Shown: positions 11,375 through 19,559 of the stretch, piece by piece
How the letters are laid out: every line of letters begins with the position of its first letter
Numbering within the stretch: position 1 is the first letter of the stretch
From: Candidatus Altarchaeum sp.
Lineage (GTDB): Archaea > Altiarchaeota > Altiarchaeia > Altiarchaeales > Altiarchaeaceae
Direction: 5' to 3'
NCBI GenBank assembly: GCA_018260615.1
Contig: JAGWDQ010000136.1
Location: forward strand, 1 to 20,637
DNA: 20,637 nucleotides
Translations under genes and position numbers: made by a program
The notes under the pieces: model-generated
Seen by the model: only the letters and a program-made list of their open reading frames with translations
Database searches by the model: none
What the model was told of the DNA's origin: nothing

Positions 11375-11480
11375 TTGTTTTTACGACTAATTAAATTTTT
11401 AAAATTGCCACGAATTTTTTAAGGGTTGGAAATATAGAATTAATTTTAAATTTTATGTCCTCTTCTGTATTTAAAAACCT

Positions 11481-14400
11481 TCAGAACAATTTCATCTGCT
11501 TTTCCATCCCTTTTAATTCATCTTTACTATAATTCATTGCCTCCATAATCCTCATAACCGCTGGCAAAATCTGATTGTCAATATAGTAGTTTACATCATA
11601 ATTTCCTTCTTCAACAAGTTCTACAACCATTGTTTTTTCATTTATCTCTCTTCCGTTCTTTGTTACGATATATGTAATAATATCCCCTTCTTCAAAATTT
11701 ATACCTTTATTCATTGCTCTTTTAACTGCGGCAACATGCGGCTCTTTCTTCTGGATGTATGAATCCACACTTCTTGTTAATTTTGTGTTTATTGCCAGAT
11801 CTTCTTTCCTGACCTTGCCTTCCTTTATCTCATTTATTTTTTTTCTGACCAGATCAACAGCCTTCCTGACATTTTTTTCCTTTAAAATAAGCATCAATAC
11901 CTCTTTTTGTGTCTCTTTTGCAATATTTGCCCAGTCCCTTCTCTTTGTTTCTAATCCCTTTACAATTAGTCGGCCATCTTCTTCCATTAAAGCATATCTT
12001 TTCTTTGTTATAAATATTCCTGTCTGATAGAAACCCTGAAGGTCAAGTTCCATCATTCCCGGCAGAGATTCGTTTATATGTTTTAAAAATTTATTTGCGT
12101 CGCTTAAAATTTCATCCCTGCTTTCACCTGGTTTTGTCATAAAGATGCTATCTGTGTTATGAACAAGAATCATTCCCTCAGCATCAACAAAATTATGTAT
12201 ATTACTAACTTCTAGATCATAAACATATTTTTCATTTGGCATTTCTTCTATTGAAGTTATTTCTGCCAGGCAAAAATCGCCTTTTGAACCCTTTGCTGAT
12301 TGCAGACGAAGCTTTTGAATTTTTGGTTTGTCTTTTCTATAGTGCCAGGCAACATGTTTTATCTCTTTTCCAAAATAATTTTTACCATATTTTAATGTCT
12401 TAAAAAGGAAGCCCAAACCTATTGCCAAGTCCTTACTTTTTGTGGAGAACTCTATAAAATGAGTAACATATCTTTCGCCTTTTTTAAAATTTCCGTCCCC
12501 ATCAAGGTACCCTTCTGTAAATACCTTTCTTAACGGTTCTTCAGCAGCGAATATAAACCAGGGAATCTTTTTGAATTCGCTGCCCTTCCCGACACCAAAT
12601 CCATACTGAAATAGTGCAACTATGGGCACACTTGAAATCCTGTAATAAAACATCTTTTTATTAAGTCCTTTGTCATAATCTTCAATAATTTTTGTAAAAG
12701 TTCCCGTTTTTGTATCCAATATTGATTTTACCTTTTTGAGGATCTCTTTATTTTGGCTGCCAAAAGACAAAATACATTTTCTTCCCGACTTAGTTAAAAC
12801 ATCAGATACTGAACCTTCGGCGCAATAGAAACCCAAAAGCCATGCAAGGTCTTTATCGAGCGTCCAGTATCTTGGAATTTTTCGGGTTTTTGCATTTTTT
12901 CCTCCAACCCAGGCAAATGATGATTCTTTCTTATATGCTTGTCGTCTTTCAGGATGTTTTAAATATACATGGGACGAAAGATGTACATTTTGTTTACAAT
13001 ATGGGCATTCTCCATGTTTTGACGGGAATGAAAGATTATCGGAATAAAGGCTCAGTTCTTTAGAATATTCGCCCATGTCCATTTCCACAACATCAAAGAT
13101 GTACTCTCCCATGTACTTTGCAGTTATTTCCGGATTTGTTAATGATATAAGGGGGTCTCCTTTTTTAAGTTCCTTTGCATCAACAAGACAAATTTTATTA
13201 GTTTTATGATTAAAAGAGTATACCGCATGTTGGGGGGTTACGATCGTTGAGCCGTATTTTGTAATTATTTTTAGTAATTTGCCATTATAATTGTGGCGAA
13301 TAACCCTTATTATGGGTTTAAAGGTAATTTTTTTGTTTTTATCCATCGCAAGGGTAAAAATTCCATTTATATTTGTATCCGTATCTTTATATTTATCATA
13401 AAGTTCGCCTATCTTTACCGGCATGATATCTCCATTATTAAATTTAATAAAAATATATCTGTCATAAGGTAAACTATCTCCATATATAACATTAAAATTT
13501 ACCTTTCTCGCTTCATCCATAACCTGCTGAATGTATTTTCTTCCGTAAGCCGTAACCGATTCCGCACATTCCTTTGAATACCATCTTGCCCGCGCAAATC
13601 CCATATATCCGTAAGCAGAATTTACTAAAATCTTCAGGGCCTGCTGCTGGACATCTAAAATTTTCCTTTTTTCTGAATTTCCCTCCGTTTTCATCAGATT
13701 TTTCAGTTCAATCCTTCGCTCAACTAATGATTTTAGCACTTCGGGAATAAAACCAGTATTCTTTTTACAGAACCGGAATGTTGAATTATTAATAGAAATT
13801 TTGTTATCTTCATCGTTTTTGCAGCACTCACAATTTATTGTAAGCGGGTCAATATTATGGGAAATTATAATGCTCGGATACAAACTTCTAAAGTCAAAAA
13901 CAATAATATTGTCGTGTAAACCCTTTTCCGGTTCCAAAACAAAACCACCTGCATAACTTTCTTCTTCTCCATTATGCGAAATACTCCTTTTATTCGGAAT
14001 TAATAAATTTTTTTTGTAACTCTTACTCATCAGCAAATGCTCTACTCTCATTCCGCTCCCCATACGTGTTGTTTTCTGTAAAGGCATCCCTGTGATGTGG
14101 GATAATTCAATATATAAAGGCAGTAAAGAAAGTGCGATTTCAAGCGTTATTTCCGAGTCCTTTAATGAATACTTAAAAAATTTATTTAAATTTTGTTCGC
14201 ACATTTCACTTTTTTCGGCATCATCCCAAATTTCATAAATTTTTGACTTATCCAGGTCTTCTTTGCCTTTTTTGCCGAAAATTTCATAATATACATTATT
14301 TAAGTCGTATTTTGGCAAACTAAAAAGCTGCCTCGCAACAGGAAATAAATCAATATGCGGCAATCCGTCAATGTATGCGGCAACAGAAATTCCGCTTTTC

Positions 14401-15236
14401 TCAAATTTTAATTTTTTTTCAACGCCATCAAATTTTCCGAAGTTAAGAGGCGTTTTAAATTTCAAAATTTTTGCCCTTTCCTGCAAATATTTAAAATCAT
14501 AATTGTCTCCGTTATAAGAAACCAGAATATCAATATCTCTTTCGCTTATTGTCTGTAAAAATTTATTGAGCATATCTGCCTCACTTTCACAGGTTTCAAC
14601 AAAGTCCTGTGCTGATTTTTTCCATGTGAAGACCTTTTTATATGTGGTGTTATTAGTGTTGTTGTTATTATTAATGTCATTATTATTAATGTCATTATTA
14701 TTAATGTCGTTACTCCTCCCTAACCTTCCTTCCGCATAACTTATTGCCAAAATCGGGTCAATACCTGGTCGTGACATTATCTTCGGATTATATGTTTCTA
14801 TATCAAAAGCACCGGTTATTAAATTTTTGTCGCTCTCAATAAATGTTGTGCCCGTATCTATGGTATATCTTTCTGTAAAGGGGATATTGTCTTCGTAGGT
14901 CTCCTTGCAGGCAGGCAAATTTCTGATAACTTCTCTTATTTCTCTTATGTCATAAGGTAAATTCGTATAAATTTTTAAGACCGCGACTTCATTGTTCCGG
15001 TAAAATTTTTTTACTCTTTCGGTTCTTATTATTACTGCTAAATTTTGTTGTTTTATTTCATATTCAAGTGTTTCAATATCCTCTTTTGGAACGGCATAAA
15101 AATAAGGCGTAAAGTTCCGAACGCAGGCAACTTTCTTATCCGCTTCATTTTTTTCAGGGGCAGTGATTTTGTAAAACAGGCGAATTACAGGGGCATTATT
15201 TTCAATTATGTAGTCAATGTCGAGCAGGGTTTTCAT
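11481..15236 (-). CDS. polB: Family B DNA polymerase (PolB3-like) containing one intein
   Basis: ExoI DIET, region II DFRSLYPS, region III KILVNSAYGY, region I YGD/TDS split by the intein, C-terminal PIP-like KQMKLF. The start is taken at MKTLLDIDY (15236) because the longer ORF start (15290) overlaps the upstream gene. Confidence 0.96.
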   Translation of the reverse strand: MKTLLDIDYIIENNAPVIRLFYKITAPEKNEADKKVACVRNFTPYFYAVPKEDIETLEYEIKQQNLAVIIRTERVKKFYRNNEVAVLKIYTNLPYDIREIREVIRNLPACKETYEDNIPFTERYTIDTGTTFIESDKNLITGAFDIETYNPKIMSRPGIDPILAISYAEGRLGRSNDINNNDINNNDINNNNNTNNTTYKKVFTWKKSAQDFVETCESEADMLNKFLQTISERDIDILVSYNGDNYDFKYLQERAKILKFKTPLNFGKFDGVEKKLKFEKSGISVAAYIDGLPHIDLFPVARQLFSLPKYDLNNVYYEIFGKKGKEDLDKSKIYEIWDDAEKSEMCEQNLNKFFKYSLKDSEITLEIALSLLPLYIELSHITGMPLQKTTRMGSGMRVEHLLMSKSYKKNLLIPNKRSISHNGEEESYAGGFVLEPEKGLHDNIIVFDFRSLYPSIIISHNIDPLTINCECCKNDEDNKISINNSTFRFCKKNTGFIPEVLKSLVERRIELKNLMKTEGNSEKRKILDVQQQALKILVNSAYGYMGFARARWYSKECAESVTAYGRKYIQQVMDEARKVNFNVIYGDSLPYDRYIFIKFNNGDIMPVKIGELYDKYKDTDTNINGIFTLAMDKNKKITFKPIIRVIRHNYNGKLLKIITKYGSTIVTPQHAVYSFNHKTNKICLVDAKELKKGDPLISLTNPEITAKYMGEYIFDVVEMDMGEYSKELSLYSDNLSFPSKHGECPYCKQNVHLSSHVYLKHPERRQAYKKESSFAWVGGKNAKTRKIPRYWTLDKDLAWLLGFYCAEGSVSDVLTKSGRKCILSFGSQNKEILKKVKSILDTKTGTFTKIIEDYDKGLNKKMFYYRISSVPIVALFQYGFGVGKGSEFKKIPWFIFAAEEPLRKVFTEGYLDGDGNFKKGERYVTHFIEFSTKSKDLAIGLGFLFKTLKYGKNYFGKEIKHVAWHYRKDKPKIQKLRLQSAKGSKGDFCLAEITSIEEMPNEKYVYDLEVSNIHNFVDAEGMILVHNTDSIFMTKPGESRDEILSDANKFLKHINESLPGMMELDLQGFYQTGIFITKKRYALMEEDGRLIVKGLETKRRDWANIAKETQKEVLMLILKEKNVRKAVDLVRKKINEIKEGKVRKEDLAINTKLTRSVDSYIQKKEPHVAAVKRAMNKGINFEEGDIITYIVTKNGREINEKTMVVELVEEGNYDVNYYIDNQILPAVMRIMEAMNYSKDELKGMEKQMKLF
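12156..13475 (-). mobile_element. 440-aa intein with LAGLIDADG homing endonuclease at the pol-c site (YGD|TDS)
   Basis: Starts with Ser (SLPYDRYIF) and ends His-Asn (ILVHN) before Thr+1. LAGLIDADG-like blocks LAWLLGFYCAEGS and FTEGYLDGDG; block B-like TPQH; block F-like YVYDLEV. Confidence 0.95.
14665..14709. repeat. 3 x 15-bp in-frame tandem repeat encoding (DINNN)n in the PolB exonuclease region
   Basis: TTATTATTAATGTCA x2 plus TTATTATTAATGTCG; protein SNDINNNDINNNDINNNNNTNNTT. Confidence 0.95.
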
Positions 15237-15270
15237 GTAAAATTTATGTTTATTTAAATTTCGTTTTATC

Positions 15271-15876
15271 TTAATGTTGCACAAAATCAAAAAGCAAATG
15301 ATAAATTTTTATGCCTCTATTTAAATTTCTTTTATGTGTGGAAAAAAAAGAATTATCAACACCAATATTTTCTTTCATTTTCATGTAAGCACATTTATTA
15401 ACTTCTTCAATTATATTTTTTTGAACCTCAGAAATGCGACCCTCCTGAATATATGCAATCATACCTCCGTAATCTTCTTTTGCTGAATAATATCCTGATA
15501 AAAAGCGACCTAAACCGCTCTCACCACAATAATCAGATACTGTGCCATTTTCATATATCCGTTTTGCTTCAATCCAAAAAGCACAGATATGGGAAATGAA
15601 GAACTTTATATCTGGTTCATTGGGTGTGTTTTCATCAGAATCTTCTTTAGGCCGACAAGAAACATCAATGATATGTTGTTTATATATCTTTTTAGAAATA
15701 GATGACTTATGTTTAACATTATATGCGAGCATCCATGTTATTTTATTTTCGCGAGTATTAGAGTATATATCTTTTTTTATAATTCCATATGTTTCAATTA
15801 AAGGAGTTAAAATCCACTCTTCTATAGCTTCTTCCTTACTTTTTAATATGCTTGTAAACGGATATAACATTTCCAT
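15271..15876 (-). CDS. Putative PD-(D/E)xK-fold nuclease, translationally coupled to the methyltransferase
   Basis: PD-x13-EAK (EPDIKFFISHICAFWIEAKRI). Its ATG directly abuts the methyltransferase stop (TAGATG). Confidence 0.6.
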   Translation of the reverse strand: MEMLYPFTSILKSKEEAIEEWILTPLIETYGIIKKDIYSNTRENKITWMLAYNVKHKSSISKKIYKQHIIDVSCRPKEDSDENTPNEPDIKFFISHICAFWIEAKRIYENGTVSDYCGESGLGRFLSGYYSAKEDYGGMIAYIQEGRISEVQKNIIEEVNKCAYMKMKENIGVDNSFFSTHKRNLNRGIKIYHLLFDFVQH

Positions 15877-18837
15877 CTAAATTTTTTTATCTGGCAGGTT
15901 TTTATAAATTATTCCGACTTCTTTTTTTACATCATCTAAAGCTTTGGTCATTGTCCAGTCCTTTAACATGTTGCTTTTATAAAGATAAAGTGCTTTATCA
16001 TCATGGATTCTTATTTCATATTCTTTCAATATGTTTTTTTTCAAGTTAATATCATTAATTTTTTCATATTGGATTATTCTTAAAAGTTTCTTTAAGTCGG
16101 AAGATATTGATTTAACTTTCTCTTCGTTTGCGGATAAACGAGATTGTATAGGAAATACACTAATGGGGTGAGCGTGTTTAACTTTCTCTTCGTTTGCGGA
16201 TAAACTAAATTTTACTGCTGCACCGAGGAAATTACAGATAAAACAGTCGGCTTTTAAAGAATTTCCCTCTTGGATAAAAAAACTAAATGCATTAATAAAT
16301 TCATTAGCATATTCTTTTATATCTTCTGTATTAACTAAATTTTTTCGCTTTCTTTTCTGTATTTTATAATAATCTTTTATCTGTTGTCGTTCGTAGTAAT
16401 CCAAATCATATAACTTAAAAATTAAATTATCAATTTGATCCTGATATTTTTCTATATCTCCCTCTTGTTTGATATTTAAAACATTATTTATAATCTCCCT
16501 TATAATATTTTCATCCTTTAAATTAGGAATTGGGAATTTTTTAAGATGCTCTAAATCAATCTTGGAATAGTTTCCTTCAGGTCTTTGGAGATACTTGGCG
16601 GCTAAATAAAAATATGCCAATTTTGAGTTTAAAATTGCTTCGAATAAGAGTAAATAATCCGGTTTAAATTTGATTATATTAAAATTTTCTGCAAGTATTA
16701 TTGTATCCGAAAGTGAAAATGCTCTAACAGGCCAATATCTAGTCACGACCAATTTATATCCTTTGAATACATCAATCGTCCTTCCTCTGTCTAAATGAGG
16801 GCCGTATTTAAGATATTTTTCTGGTCCCAGCCACATATAAGGTTTAACGCCTTCGAGAGAACGTCTCATAGGGAAATAATTATTATCCTTTTTCCTATAA
16901 CTTTCATATAACTGTCGTTTATCTTTAGCACATTGTTTTGCATCACTAGCATATAATCTTGCACATGATTGACAATCTTCAGAATGTTTCTCAAGAGGCG
17001 TGCTTTCTTTTTCTATTCGTTCAATTAGTTCCCTATATTTATTCATACCAAAGACACATAAATGCCAGAAATTATCTGCATCTAATTTTTTAAATTCATA
17101 TTGTGAAACTTTTGTTATGCCCTCTTCATTTATAACTATTACATTCGTCAAGTTTGAAAATTGTGTCATATCCGGTGTTATAAATTCAATCTCATTTTTA
17201 TTAGCGCCTTGATTTTTATTGAAAATCAAAACGCATGATGGTTCGCTTCCATTTCCAAATGTTATCTTTTTAATATTAATCAAATTCAAGAATATGTTTA
17301 AAGAATATTTCTCAAGAAACGATTTTCTAAATTTCACTGCTTTTTCATTTATAAAATTAGAAAGGTTAACAACCATTCCAACAAGACCATCTTCGGTCAT
17401 CCAATTTTCTATCTTGAAAAGAAAACATTGAGAACTTTGATAATCCGAAACATCAGGCCATTTTTTCCTAATTTTTCTTTTTTCATCTTCTGAAAACTTT
17501 TTATAACTCCATGGCGGGTTTCCTAAAATCAGATCAAATTTTTTATCCTTGAATATCTCATTATCGAACAAAGAATTTCTACAAAACAGATTCCTGTCTT
17601 TTAGTCCGGGAAACATAAAATGTTCCTTTTTTTCTTCGCATTTTTCAAAAACTTTTTTAAGTATTTCCGGGTTTATGCCATCAAATATCTTTAAGTAAAG
17701 ACTAAAAGCAGCAATCCTTAAAGCGTTTGGGTCAGTATCTATCCCATGAATGGAATTCGTTAACAAATCAGATTTTTGGTATATGTCAAGACTTTTACCT
17801 TTGTCTAACTCACTTTCTCTTTCTTTTACCAATCGTTCAAAAAATTTCACAAGAAAAATTCCTGAACCGCAGGAGGGGTCAAGAACTGTAATGTTGCCTT
17901 CTTTAGATTTATTTTTGATTGATTCTGATTCAAAAACTTTTTCTATTGTATACTCTGCAACATTCTCAGGAGTAAAAACAATACCTTCGCCACGTCTTCT
18001 TCCAGGATTCAAAAACTGTTCGTAGATATGACTTATCAAAAAGATCGGAATCTTATCAAACTGATATGGAACCAACGTAAACTGTCCGCCAGTATATCTA
18101 TAGTTTTCCCCAAAAATCTTATTAAGGTCATCCAGAATATTAACTTCTATGTCTGATGGAATATCCCCGCTCTCAAATAAATCTCCGTTTAAGCAATCAT
18201 TATACTTATCAAATAAACTTAATAATCCATTAACGTCCCTCTTATTCAATAGGTCTTTTAAGTCATTTCGATTAATTCTGTCCTCTAAGAATCGAATGAA
18301 AAGACACCTGTCAATTAATTTTTGAGCGATTTCATCTTTATTGTCGAATCTTTTAAGATAGTTTAAAATTTTTTCTTTCGTATCCGTTAAGTTCTTTAAA
18401 AGGTCAACATCAATTGGTTTACGTTTTTTATCCTTTATTCTCTGTCTTATAAAACCATAAATTTTTTCCCAGAAATACCCGCTATCTATACTCTCTTTTT
18501 TCAGAAGTTCTAAATAATAATTTTCTTTATCCGTATTCTCACCATATTTAAACGAATCTATTTTAGCGGTTTCTATAGGGCATAACTTATCTGGTTTCGT
18601 TTTTGAATCGCAAATCAATACTTCTTCATCGTTAATAGTTGTGATAAACACCTCGGATATATTTTCGTTCCATATTTCTCTGTGTGAATTGTAGAAATTT
18701 TTACCTATATCCTCATCAGTACCTTTTAATTCAACAAAGTTGACGATGCCTAAATTAGAATTGTATTTAAAAATATGTTCTCCTTCGAAATCATCCTTTG
18801 TGAATTTTAACGCCTCTAATATTTTTGATAAAGCCAT
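15877..18837 (-). CDS. Large N6-adenine DNA methyltransferase with target-recognition domain (Type IIG/Eco57I-like architecture)
   Basis: Motif I VLDPSCGSGIFL precedes motif IV ILGNPPW; YEQFL...GIVFTPENVAEY; TaqI_C-like C-terminal region (AILNSKL, LKKFPIP, IDNLIFKLYDL). Confidence 0.9.
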   Translation of the reverse strand: MALSKILEALKFTKDDFEGEHIFKYNSNLGIVNFVELKGTDEDIGKNFYNSHREIWNENISEVFITTINDEEVLICDSKTKPDKLCPIETAKIDSFKYGENTDKENYYLELLKKESIDSGYFWEKIYGFIRQRIKDKKRKPIDVDLLKNLTDTKEKILNYLKRFDNKDEIAQKLIDRCLFIRFLEDRINRNDLKDLLNKRDVNGLLSLFDKYNDCLNGDLFESGDIPSDIEVNILDDLNKIFGENYRYTGGQFTLVPYQFDKIPIFLISHIYEQFLNPGRRRGEGIVFTPENVAEYTIEKVFESESIKNKSKEGNITVLDPSCGSGIFLVKFFERLVKERESELDKGKSLDIYQKSDLLTNSIHGIDTDPNALRIAAFSLYLKIFDGINPEILKKVFEKCEEKKEHFMFPGLKDRNLFCRNSLFDNEIFKDKKFDLILGNPPWSYKKFSEDEKRKIRKKWPDVSDYQSSQCFLFKIENWMTEDGLVGMVVNLSNFINEKAVKFRKSFLEKYSLNIFLNLINIKKITFGNGSEPSCVLIFNKNQGANKNEIEFITPDMTQFSNLTNVIVINEEGITKVSQYEFKKLDADNFWHLCVFGMNKYRELIERIEKESTPLEKHSEDCQSCARLYASDAKQCAKDKRQLYESYRKKDNNYFPMRRSLEGVKPYMWLGPEKYLKYGPHLDRGRTIDVFKGYKLVVTRYWPVRAFSLSDTIILAENFNIIKFKPDYLLLFEAILNSKLAYFYLAAKYLQRPEGNYSKIDLEHLKKFPIPNLKDENIIREIINNVLNIKQEGDIEKYQDQIDNLIFKLYDLDYYERQQIKDYYKIQKRKRKNLVNTEDIKEYANEFINAFSFFIQEGNSLKADCFICNFLGAAVKFSLSANEEKVKHAHPISVFPIQSRLSANEEKVKSISSDLKKLLRIIQYEKINDINLKKNILKEYEIRIHDDKALYLYKSNMLKDWTMTKALDDVKKEVGIIYKNLPDKKI
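16111..16205. repeat. 29-bp perfect direct repeat enclosing a 37-bp insert, in frame in the methyltransferase
   Basis: TTTAACTTTCTCTTCGTTTGCGGATAAAC at 16111-16139 and 16177-16205 (offset 66). Protein LSANEEKVK occurs twice. Confidence 0.95.
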
Positions 18838-19031
18838 TATTATTTTTATTTTTACATATCATTTCACATTGCTTCGCTCCGTGTTGAAAAATTTATTACA
18901 AAATTGAAATATTCTTTGAATAATACCTTAATAATATATAATAAATAATTTGTATTTTATTGATAAAAATTAATAAAATAATATCTGTTTTTTTCAAAAT
19001 ATTCAAAGGGTACAAAATTACTGAAAATCTA

Positions 19032-19525
19032 TAAATAAATTTTCAATCTTTAAAAATATTTGAAATATTTTTAAATGAGATTTTCAATCTTTAAAAATCT
19101 GCAAGATTTTTAAATACTGAAACCTTCGGTTTCAATCTTTAAAAATGCAATGCATTTTTAAATTACCTGTGAAAATTTCAAAAAATACAACTTCAAAGAT
19201 GTAAAATCTTTGAAATACACAAACGAAGTCCATTCAATGTCGTTCGTGGATTTTTCAAAAACTTCGTTTTTGAAAAATGAGCGTAAAAATCAAAATTTTA
19301 CATATAATTTTTTAGGTGGCGGAATAGTTACATTAAATAAAATGGAAATAAAATGGTAAAAAAATAAAATAATATTTAGGGAAAATTTAAATTATTAAAT
19401 GTGGAAACGAATAAAGATAAATAAAGGTATTTTCAAAAGCGAAGCTTTTGAAAATCTCCAGGCGTAAGCGGTTTAAATCGCACTATTTTCAAAATGAAAT
19501 TTTGAAAATCTCCAAGCGTTAGCGA
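19032..19525. repeat. Dense array of REP-like hairpins, including the right arm of the 67-bp inverted repeat (19032-19098)
   Basis: Stems at 19090-19114 (GCA loop), 19118-19134, 19138-19162, 19191-19213, 19250-19278, 19429-19455 (GC-GAA-GC) and 19485-19509. Confidence 0.85.
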
Positions 19526-19530
19526 GGTGA
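19524..19530 (+). promoter_or_regulatory. Shine-Dalgarno-like site GAGGTGA
   Basis: Complementary to TCACCTC at the 16S 3' end in this window (7383-7389); 6 nt upstream of ATG 19537. Confidence 0.55.
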
Positions 19531-19559
19531 TGTAGTATGGAAACAAAACACAATACAAA

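Noticed and set aside
15237-15290. PolB N-terminal extension MILCNIKIKRNLNKHKFY
   Set aside because: It overlaps the upstream gene stop and is AT-rich intergenic-like; family similarity begins at MKTLLDIDY.
16111-16205. Mini-CRISPR (29-bp repeat, 37-bp spacer)
   Set aside because: Only two repeats, lying in frame within a CDS and encoding a duplicated peptide; the spacer is a member of the local hairpin-tail family.
11755-17431. Plus-strand ORFs opposite polB, the nuclease-like gene and the methyltransferase (also 17750-18025)
   Set aside because: Antisense to well-supported genes, with no recognisable motifs.
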